From NCBI GenBank assembly GCA_964106915.2, contig OZ066914.1: DNA of 64,000 nt; one strand, given 5' to 3'. Positions 48,801-60,800 of the stretch are shown here, piece after piece. The DNA comes from Podarcis gaigeae. Its lineage: Eukaryota. The position numbers and the translations under genes were made by a program. How positions within the stretch are numbered: position 1 is the first letter of the stretch; each line of letters starts with the position of its first letter. The notes under the pieces were generated by a model. It did not search any database. It was given only the letters and a program-made list of their open reading frames with translations, and was not told where the DNA came from.

Positions 48801-51800
48801 CATGTAGTTTTCTTTGTATTTCACCTACAAAAAAAAGCATTTAATTTTTAAAATAAGCAACACACTAATCGCCCGATATTACAGGGTTGACATCAGTGAT
48901 GGTACAATCCTATACATGCGTACTCAGAGAAGCAACTCCCATTGTGTTATTTATCTGTTAAACTTCTATCCTGCCCTTCTCCTGAAGGAGCTTCAAGGAG
49001 GCAATGGGACTTGCTTTCTAACATTCAGTGGAACTTGCTTCCCAATAAGTGGATTTAGAATGTCCTGGCACAGCTACGCTACTTTATAGAGACAACAGAG
49101 CTTAGCGCATGTAGGAATTTCTGGCCAGTCCATGTAACACATGGGGAAACAGTCAGAAGAGGTGGAAGTATGACAGAAGCTCAGGTGGAGAATGAGGCCA
49201 GAGCACAAAGTATAGGGGAAACAAATGCTATAAAACATAAAAAGAGGCAGGGTGGGCCAGAATTAGCTGAGGCTTTGTCTTAGGAGGACCAGGTGTCAAG
49301 TAGACTATAAGGCCTGATAAGACAGGTCACCCCTGCTTTCTCTATGAAAGGAATCACATCCACCAGAGGCATGACCAGGGGTACTTACATTATATAGGAA
49401 AGGGGGAGGTAAAGGAGTCTGAAGTAGTGGGGAGAGAGAATAACCAGTGCCCCATAGTATATATAAATAAGGTACATTTATTGTATTTTACAGTTATCAA
49501 AACCAGCATATTACTCAGGGATATGCATATATATATCCAATATCTGTAACTATCCAATATACATACTTATATATATATATATATATCCAATATACATACT
49601 TATGTATATATATCCAATATACATACTTTGCTGATATCATCAGTGACCTTGCGGTGATACACAATATCCAAGGCATCTTTCACTGTGTGGTATTTACCCT
49701 TGGCTTTCTCAAATGTTTCTTTGTAGCGCAGCTGATAAAAACAAAATAAAACAAAAAAGTATGAAGGCATCAGTTTTAAAATGTAGCAAACATTATTTTC
49801 ACATTTTCCTCAGAGGTTGTAATAGACAGGTAGAAAAAGCAGACCATCAAGTCCGCTTTATGCATATTATAAACAGCCAAGCAATCCTAGTTTACTCCAT
49901 AGTGCTCCTTGTAAATGTAAATCCTACTCCCCATTTATGTATAGCTTTCATTTATTTAACTTTCTATTATAACCAGAGTTTTGCATATTCTCCCGTCTAT
50001 TTCAAGACAAGAGTCCAGATCAAGAAACCATATTATCTATCTCCCCCCTCTCCCCAATTTCTTCATTCTTTCTCTGCTGCCAACACAATTATACTCAAAA
50101 GTATCCATGTGGACAGAAAGGGTTGCATCCAGCTGAAACATGCTCAGAGCAGACCCACTGAAACCAGCGAACATGACTAAAGTCCATTGGTTTTAGTGAG
50201 TCTACTCTGAGTATGTTTTAGCTGGATAAAACCCAAGAAGTCAGATTCAACTAATCTAGTGCAAGGACTCCCACCAGTTCAATGGGGCTTTCCCCCTCCC
50301 CTTGCATGCCCCCCACCTCTCCTAAATCTGCCTTGGAGCATCGAGAGAACCCACAGCCTAGCGCCCAGGAGGAGGACAGAAGAGACTGAACAAATTAGTA
50401 TGATGTTGATTTTTACCCCAGCAATCTTGTGTCAAAACAGATTTATATAGATTTTTTATGTATTATTCGTTTTATGCTAGTATATAAGATTTCACAGGCA
50501 ATGAGAAATAGACTCCATATGAATGTCAGACCAAAGAAACTTGATCTTATGTGCAGTAGGCTCACTCCTCTGTGCCACTGCTTCTCAGGAAGAACTCCAT
50601 CACAACTGTTATAGAACTATGAATAGTTGTCTAATGGCTGCTGACTCTTTTGATCCCTTTTCCATATTAAAAAAAAATGCATCATGAGTATATAAGCCAT
50701 ACAGAGCTAGAGTATAATCCAAATAAGTAAATGATCTGGAAGAATTCTCACTGGTTTCAGGTTCAGTTCACAGACCTTGCCTGAACATTACTCTACATTC
50801 AGATCTGGACCACATAAAAAAAACCAAACCATCCCATTTTCATCGGATACTTACATCACTGGCATTCAGGTAGGCCTTCTTAGCTCTAATCAGGATTGGT
50901 GTGTCAGCGACAGTTACATACTTGTGCTTCAGCTTCTCATATTGGGATTTGTATTTATTCTAAATTAAGCAGGGGAAATGGAAGAAAAAATAAGTACACC
51001 AAGGTGCTCGTGCGATACAGCATTAACTGCATGCAACTGGGCACTTAAAAAGACACTCTGATGTATGAGTTAACTAAAGCAAATTTATTCATCATGCCAA
51101 CGATTTGTTTTTCCTTCCAATAAAGTCAGCTAGAGCAGTGTTTCCCAACCTTGTGCCTCCAGATGTTTTTGGCCTACAACTCCCATCATCCCTGACCACT
51201 GGTCTTGCTAGCTAGGGATGATGGGAGTTGTAGGCCAAAAACATCTGGAGGCACAAGGTTGGGAAACACTGAGCTAGAGGCCTGCGGCTGGTATATTCAC
51301 TGGCAAATTGCAAAGCATACCACCCTAATCTGCAGACAATCTCCCTGCCATTTCCATGTGTGCCCTTCCCTCCTCTGTGATGCTTGCCTAAATCAGCCTT
51401 CTCCAATGAGGTGCCATTCAGCTGTTTGGGGCTACAGCTCTCATCAGCCCCAGACAGCAAGGCCAGCAGTCAAGGATGATGGGAACTGTAATCCAATCAG
51501 GGGCAGAGGAAGGGGGGGTGCTGTGGGGACAGTCCACCCCAAGTGTCACCACTGGGGGGTGACAAAATGCCGGGCAGCACTCACCGCAGGGCCTACAGTG
51601 TGCCCAAGCCATGTGTCTCTCCTGGGAGTGACATGGTGGCTCTGCGCTGCCCCAAATGGTCCACCCGTTGCCTCCCCCTCAGCTGTAGGGCAGCTGAGTG
51701 CGATGAGGCGGGCAGACTCCTCAGAGGCCCCACGGAGCATCCTGCCCCAGCTGGCCCCGCCCCTGGGTGCAGGGCACGCGCGCTGCCCCAAAACGCCCAA

Positions 51801-54800
51801 TCAGCTTGCTCCGCCGCTGAATCCAATTACATATGCCAGATGACCTCTCACTTAAACGCCACCCCTGGAAATGAACAGTATAGAAGAAACCGAAACCTAA
51901 ACAGGCAAAAAGTAAACGAATAAAAACAAAGCTAGATTGTGGCTTAACACGTATGAACAGCATATTTAATAAAGATTCTGTAAAACAGTTTTGATAGACT
52001 GCATTGAATGTGTTTGCCAAACTCATTGTCTAATCTAGACTTTAATGGGCTGAAGTGTGAGGTGTTTGCCGTAGTAATAAAAAGAAGAGAAGGAAAGGTG
52101 CTCACAGTCTTACCTCACTGACCAAGTCCTTCACATGCTTAGCAAGTTTCAAGGCCGGTGTCTGATCCCCAGCATGGTGATGGGGTCTTTCCTTGGTTGC
52201 AAGTTCGACATACAAGTACTAGAGAAAGGGAAGAACCATAAATTGTCAAATTATGCTCCATACACGCAAGAGACCTTGGATATAAGCGATTCAGTCCTTC
52301 TCTCACTGCTTTTTGCAAACTGAATCAGTGTACTTTTCTTCCTGATTCAGTATATCCATTCTGACTGGCAGCACCTCTCTGAGGTCTCAAGAAGAAATCC
52401 TTTATTGCCCTATTATCTTTAGATCATCTAATGAACGATGCTGACGAGACCTTCTGCACGCAAAGAATATGCTCTATCACTGAGCCACAGCCCCTTCAAC
52501 TTTATTCCCCCCCCCCCAATTATTATTTTTTTTATTTTCAAAATTTTAACATCCAATTAATTCAAATTTAACATAAATTTTAAAAGTTGGTTTCCCAGCC
52601 CTTCACCCTTGATGCTTCTTCACCTACCCTCCTTGCTGCATCGTATAACAGTATTTTTATCTCTTTCCCAATTAAGACAAATAACATTCCTGGAGGTGGC
52701 AGACACCCTGAATAATCTACTAGGTAATGGGGACAATTACAAAGCACAGGAAACAATCTAGGCTATGACAAAGGACAGGAAATGATTTGTAATTGTATCC
52801 ACACAGTTTCAAAGCACATATTGATGGAAGGAGGGAGAGCTCTGAATATATCCATTTTGATGTGCTGAACAGATTCAACAGTCGTAGTTGGTGCTGCAGT
52901 CACATGGTGTAAGGTTCAGTAGGAGACGATACAAGATCTGGCAAGTTCTTCATTCCTTATTGGAAATGAAGAACGGCTCTCCAGCTGTTTTGGGACTACA
53001 AAATGGCCCTCCAGTTGTTTTGGGACTACAATTCCCATCATCCCTGACCACTGGTCCTGTTAGCTAGGGATGATGGGAGTTGTAGTCCCCAAACAACTGG
53101 CGGGCTGAGTTTGGCCACCACTGCCTTATGGCTTTGACAACATTAGAAGAAGATTGGAGAACTCTGCCAGAGTTATGTTTTGACGAGGTTTCAGTAATAT
53201 TACAGTTAGTGTTGGGGGAGAAATTCAGTTCAGTTAGTATTTTTAAGTGAAATTAACTAAATCTCGCTTCCTCAAACAGTACACAAAGCCAAAGACTTCT
53301 TTGAAAGCAGCACTTCACTGAATTTTGCAATGGAGTTTTCCTACCAAATAGTGGGCCGGTTCACACCCAGCACTAAACCAAACCATGGCTTAGTTCAGCA
53401 CACATAGGCATGCAGGTTCCCAGAGTGGAGATTGCAATTGCATTGCTCCTCTTCTGTTCCTGTGGCTGCCGTAAGCCAAGACATAGTTTGGCTCCACGTA
53501 TTATTTAAACCCAGGCTCAACATTGCAAAAACATATGTGTCAAGAGAAATGTGCACTAAGATGCTGACATATTCATGAAAGGACAAATTGAGGTGGAAAT
53601 ATGGAAAACTGGACTTAAGCTTGGAAATATGAGAAACAGACAGAAACCAAATCTGACAGATTCGTCCATCCCACCCCCACCAAGCGCAATGGAGGTTTAT
53701 GCACATATTGATTACCTATCAATATTTACTAATTTGGGTGGAAACATTTGTTAAGGATATGGTGCTATCACAAAGACAACTTGTATAATGAATGGGCAAG
53801 TGCAGATTGCTTTGTATCAGACGCCCCAGAAAATATCTAGAAAGAGCTGTGCATTATTGAATGAGAATTCCGCATGTACTATGCAGCTTCATTTCTGTTC
53901 AGTAATGGGTCTTACCTTACTCTGTAGTTTTTGCCCTCTTTTGGCCCTGTTGAAATCTGGTGTATCAAGGATAGATGTGTACTTGGTCTTTTGCTCCTTG
54001 CCTGCGGCTCTGTACACAAGCTAGAAAGAGAAACAACAATACACTTTCGTCTTCCGTAGCCAACCTTACAGCACAAGTATATTAGAAAACAAAGAGAGTT
54101 AATAAGCTGACAGTGAGCAGAATGAAGTCTGATATGGTTGACTGACAGACTCTGTCCTTACCGCTAACTGAGCTGGCATAAGCTTATCACACCCCATTGT
54201 CATTTTTACTGAAAGCAGATTATTGAAATTGCTGGATCTAACATAGCCACATCCATTACTTTCTGTGGTTCAACTCTGAGTGAATCCGAGTTGAATATCA
54301 CCCAATGTGATTAGAAGACTTGACCCTCCACAAGTGCTTTATGACAGCTATTTGAAAAGTCTACAAATCGCTGCATACAAGATATTGTTTCAATAGCTTG
54401 GTGTTCTTGTGCGGGTTCCCCACAGGCACCTAGTTGGCCACTGAGAACAGGATGCTGGACTTGATGGGCCATTGGCCTGATCCAGCAGGTTCTTCTTATG
54501 TTCTTACATTATGAACTTGGAGCTCCCTTGACATCACTGCTGCCTCTCATTGCCCTATTCCCATCCCAGCAAGTGGCAGCACTGCTAGTGGGTGCCTGAA
54601 GCTCCATACACACACCCTCCACCTCACACAGCTCAGTCAGTAAAGCATGAGACTCTTACTCTCAAGGTTGTGGGTTCAAGCCCCATGTTGAGCGAAAGAT
54701 TCCTGCATTGTAGGTGGACTAGATGCTCCCTGTGGTTCCTTCCAGCTTTGCAGTTCGACTGCAAATCATAATCCTATTATTCTATATGCTGCTGCTGGCT

Positions 54801-57800
54801 GTAAAGCTAGCTAAGCCAAAATATTCTGCATAGCATGAACCTTAACTGTGGTCTCTTGCTAAAGAACAAAGAACTTCTCTTCATCTGCAAGTCTACTTTA
54901 GAGCAGCTGCCGTAGAAGCACACTTAAAACGATCCAAGCATCCCTTTAAATTCACTTTAAAACATTTCAGTGCAGAAGGATTAAAGAACATCAAACTTAC
55001 ATCACTCAAATGGGTCTTCAACTCCTGAACGGTCCTGTAGACGGGAGTGTCCAGAACCACACGATATTTATCTTGTGACTTCTTTGCAGCTTCAGTGTAG
55101 ACATAATTAGACTGAAAAAGAAATGTGCTTGCGTCAAAAGAACATGCAGTCTCCATCAGCCCAACAATAAAACTTTGAATCCTAACAAAGAAGACTAATG
55201 AAGTCACAGCCCCTTGCTATAACTCCACAAGAATCTCTGGAATGTACAGGTTAACAGTACAATGTAAAACATCACTTTAGTTGCTTTGTAAGTGGGCCAT
55301 AACGTAACATCCATTCAAACACATTAGGGTGGCTTCTGTAGAAAACATTAGAGCCAAGCCACTAAGCATAGAACAACAATATCTTAAAATCTGCACCCAT
55401 ACATCCAGTAGCGAACCTTGGGGCCTCAAATTTCAGTGGGATGCCAAAATTCCACCTGCCCCTACTTCTCACCTTCCATTCTACATAATAGCTGTGGCAC
55501 CCCATGCAACCACACTGATAGCTCTCCCCTAAATCTACCTTTGATACATCTGCTTCTCTATAGCTGTAAACAGGGAGGAAGTGGGGGAGGTGTGCTATGG
55601 AAGAGATACTAATCAGCACACACATTTGAAACTGTAGCTCATGATTTGGCACACACAGTGGTTCTGTTAATCCAGTTGTACCAGCAGAAACCAACACAGG
55701 AATGGGCGCAAGTCACATGTAGTTTGCAGGTGTTAAGTTCACTGATTGCGCACTCTTGCTACTTGCAAAGGACAATGTCCATGTTCAGACATCATGGCAA
55801 GCCTGCTTACTATGCACAACCCAAATCAAGCCGCCTTTGCTCTTGCTCACTCCTCCTGGCTTGTGCTAGGAGATAACAAACCATAATTCCAGAGATCATT
55901 GTTTTGTTTTGTTCCAATAAAGCACAATCAGTAAGCCAAGAACAAGCCTTGGCTAGATATCATGGTTTCTTGGGAACAAAGCAAACCATAAACCCTGATT
56001 TGGATGTAACAGGAAGCCAGGAATTGTGGAGCAAAGCACAGCAAAGTGGGACTGATTTTGCTCATGCACAGTGTTTATGTCTTACCATGATGTGTGAACA
56101 GAGTCAGTGATGGGGTGGCACTTTTAGCTACTAATGAACATTATGACAAAGGACTGCTGTGGGATAAAGTGACCCAACACATCTAACCAAGCATAGGGCC
56201 TCACTTCCAAGAACAATGTCCATGGCATATCTAATGACCACACATAAACTTTGGTATGGCATTGCCTAGTCTGATCTCATGCCCAGCATAGTACAGTTCA
56301 CAGTTTATAGTGGGAAAGAACCTCACTTTTGAATATAAAAAGGTATAACTTAAATCAAGTCAAACCAACCAAACAGACAACAACAAAAAACCACTTGAAA
56401 ATTGCAGTGTTTCACCTCTTGATTATTTGTCAGCAAAAAATTAAGGAGTCATCCAACAGAGATAGTCATGGAAAAAGAAACATACCCAGAGCTTGCGCAA
56501 ATGTCGGGCACGGACCATATCAGGGGTATCATAGAGGAAGCAGCCCAGGCCTCTCAGCCACTGCAGATCAGTTTTATATTTAACCTGCCAAACAATGATA
56601 AGGATGTAATACCATATCTATTACATAAATAAACCATCATATTATGTGTTATAATCATAGTGTTTTGAATAATTATGCAATAACTGAATAGTTTTAAAAG
56701 ATGGCAAAGAAAAGATGATAAATAATATAGAATGTGTGCATGACACACACACACACACACACACAGTGAGAGAGAAAGAGAGAGGGGGGACCAAATAAGA
56801 GTAGGAATTGAGCCACTAATGCTACTAAGTCCAAAAGCTTACATCGCTTGTAATCTCTCCAACGTAACGGTTATGTATCGTCTCCGGAGTATATGGCAAG
56901 GAAATCATGTGCCCCTGCATCTTGAAGAAGTCAGTCTTGTAGATCAGCTGAGATACAAAAACAAAGGGGGTGGGTAAATAATTAGGGTGATTTTTTCCCC
57001 ATCACATCAGACATTACTGGAATTTGTCTATTTATTTATTTATTTATTTATTTTAAAATGTATAAGAGAGGCATACATCACTGATGGATTCCTGGTTCGT
57101 TTTCACTTGGCGAATTTCAGGCGTGTCGGGCGTGGTATGAATCTTATCCTTGTTTTTGTGATATACTTCCCTATAGAGCCTCTGTAACAAAAGAGAAGGA
57201 GTTCTTGCACATGGTGCTGAAACCAATAAAACAAAAGACACCCTGATCTAGAATTCCATGGCCTGCCTACCACTGCTGGGAATCCTGCAGGCAGTACTTC
57301 TGCTCACCCGCCCATTCAGTTGGCAGAACATGCTGCTCTGCACCATCAGACTGAGACTGGCATCACTCCATGAATGGAGGCCGGCAGAGCTGAGTAGAGG
57401 GATATCTCAGCCCAATCCAATCCCCCAGTGCAAAAGAGGTTTGAACAGCAACAGCAATTTCTTGGGAGTAAGCCCCATTGAACTCAGTAGGACTTACTTC
57501 TGAGCAGGCATGTGATTGTGCTGCAAAGTCTACCTCCGACAGCGAAGATTTGTTTTCTTTATTACAAAACAACTTCCTATTTCTTTTGCTGATTCAAGTA
57601 AGTATGCTCTTTTAATTTGCACTCTGGAGCAAAATGGTTACGTTTTTGCCTGGTTATGGGATCTTCTCTGTTCACATTGTTGGCCAGTTTGGTCAGGCTC
57701 TAAGATTTCAATGAGAGTGACTAGAATTGCACATTGGACACTGACCACCTGTAACAAGGCAGGAGCCTGGAAATATACTGACCTCAGAAGGGAGAATACA

Positions 57801-60800
57801 ACTACCATAAGTCTGTGTCTCTTTCCACCCAGACCCAGGTAGTGAATCAGGAAAGTTGTAGCAGCATTGCCCATGAAGAAGGAACCAAAGAGTGTTTCAC
57901 ACTTGATCTCATGGGATCAGTGTAAGTGTGCCCCTTTCATTACATACCCCAATAACAAACATTTATAATAAGGGGAGAGTCATCATTCAAATTATATTTA
58001 CATTTAAGTCATTAACTATAAAAAACTTACATGCTTATTAAGAGATTTTACAGAACACGGGGTCCTGAGTGTCTGACAAAATCATACCATGGTTTTATAA
58101 TGAGTTGCATAAGATTCCAACAGTGATCTTATTTTTTATTTTTTGCATCATCAAGTACCATATAAATGCCAGTTTCCTTAAATACTATTCACATTACCTC
58201 ATTGAGAATTTTGTTGACTTTCCTTATGTTTACAAATGGAACAGCTTTGGGTCCAAAATTGTAACCTTTATCCTTGATATGTTCATAGACTTCCTTGTAT
58301 TTCAGCTGAAATCATACAAAAAAAAATTCAGAAAGGTATGTATTTTAGACACAATAGCTGTTTATAATAGAACCTAAAAATGAAGTCATACCATTTAGCA
58401 GAACATGAATATATACTTACATCCATGCTAACTTTTAAGGTATCTAGGATTGTAGTTAAGCCCTCTTGCCCATTTCCTGATACCTCCCCATTCCCTTTCC
58501 TTGCCTTATTAACACCCCCCAAGATCCTATGGTTTGGTTGCATTTTCCCATTTCTATGAAATAATATAAAATTTATATGGTCATGTTTTCAATAAGTATA
58601 ATATTGCAACCACAATTTTTGTAACTGATCACCTATCTATTTATTCATGCAGCTATATTTATTTGGAACAGTAGTATGAGTTAAAAAATAATCCACCACT
58701 CACATAACTGCCAAGGTATTGGGCATGTTTAGCATGCTTGAAACCAGGGGTATCTGGTGGGAGTTTGTATCCAGTGGGAAGTGCATGCCAGCCAGCTTTT
58801 CGGTAGAGACCCTGCCAAAGAAAAGAAAATTCATGACAATGTTTAAATACTGATTTTGCAATGAAGTGCAACACTATGAATACATTCCCACTCAATTAGG
58901 TATTGAGCATTCATTCTCATTTGCTTAGGGGTGGTTATATGATATTGTGTCAAGCAGTGGCTATTCCATACTTCCTGTTGCTTTCCTTTCCACAAAAAGT
59001 CTAGGGTTGTTGTTGTTGTTGTTTTAATGGATTTGTTGCACAAGAACACCAATAATTGCTCAACTTGAATTTTTGAGTATGCACTTGAACCCCACCCACA
59101 AAGCAGGAAAAATCTGGGGGTAGCTCCAGCTCCAGCACTTACTTCATTCTGTATCCTGTAAGCATGAGTTGCCCGCTCCAAATCCACCGTCTTATCTGTT
59201 GGAGTGTATTTCCCTTTGACATTGTGCACATAGTCATGGCGGTAAACGGCCTAAGGAATATAGAAAATGTAAAACTGATGCTGAGTGATACAGCAAAAGC
59301 TTATGTGCTGAATATGAGCTGGGCATACATCTGGAGAAAGCAAAGTATCAGTAGTAACAGTAACAGTAATTTGTACCCTGCCCATCTGACTGGGTTGCCC
59401 CAGCCACTCTGGGCAGCTTCCAGCATATATAAGACCATAATAAAACATTATACATTAAAAACTTGAATGCTGGGGTAGAGGTAATGCACCATCCAACCAC
59501 AGGGGTATTGTGGGGATTAAAGGAGGAAAAGTGAGAGCCAAGTACACCACTTTGAGTTCCTCAGAGAAAAAAGTTAACCACCAATGCAATAAATAACTAA
59601 ATAATAAAACCACAAGTAAAATAGGAATCCGCGTACAACTGTAAACTGGATCTGGTGATTAAAGTGGGGGGGGGGGGGATGGCTGTGAATGCTGACTGAA
59701 TCTCTGAAAAGGATACACAGCCTTACTAACTAATTGGCTGGTTTGATGTGCATTACTAAGGCACTGCTACTATTGTTAATGAGAGCGTAATTGAAATGGG
59801 GGGGAGGGGGGGAGGAACAAATATTACAATGAAGCTGCGGTGAACAGAAATGGAGATCCTTACCTCACTCAGATTCATGGCACTCTGGACATTCTGAACA
59901 TAGAGAGGTGTGTCAGTGACCACGGTGTAGTTGCTCTCCATTTTCTTGGCCTTTGACTTGTATTTCAACTACGAGAAAGAGAGAGAAAGCACCTGAACCT
60001 TCCCTTTCTCATTCCCACCACTGACTTTGTCAAATGTCCCACCCATTCGGCAACTTTTCTTAAGGCTCTCCAACCAACCACTCCTCAAATATGCCAGATA
60101 TACCTGGCAGCTGCCCTGAAATAAGAGCCTCTCCTCCAACTTCCCAAGAAGCTGAAGTAAAACTCCAAGAAGAGGAAGAAGCAATAATAATAACAACAAC
60201 AATAATAAGGCTGCCACATTGTTTCAGTCTTGCCTTATCATCATCATCAAACCTTTTATTGGCATCACATACAAACATCCAAAACAAATCAATACAGAAT
60301 TACCACTTCCCCAGCGGCACAAAACATTATCACCTGACTATTGTATCTTGCGTTCAGTTAATTAGCAATTTTTTAAAAGATATCAAAGGAAGTTGAAGAG
60401 AGGGGAAAGGAGATGTGTGTATTCCTAACTCCCCTGAATTCAGAGGAGATAATTAAGTTTATTGTTAAAGCAGCGGTGCTTCTGCTTTTATAGTAGGGAA
60501 ACCACAGCAAAAAAAATAAAAACAAATAGCAGACTGTTGTATCATGTATGTTTTACTGGGTGGCAAAAGCGTGCAAGGCTGACTGACAAAAGTGCAGTCC
60601 AATATAAAATACATGAAGCAGACAGCAGTCAGTTTTCAATTCAACCTACTAACCATGCCCCGAAAGAGCTGCAAGAGGAGTTAGGAAGGAAGCTTCTGAA
60701 CAAAGCAATTTGCTATCATCAGTTGTACTCACGTCATTACGAAGGTCATAGGCATGTTTGGCATGGAGAATTTCAGGGGTGTCCCAGACAAAGCAACCTA

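Noticed and set aside
51205-51843. 212-aa plus-strand ORF
   Set aside because: Spans three adjacent or nested MITEs; no recognisable domain
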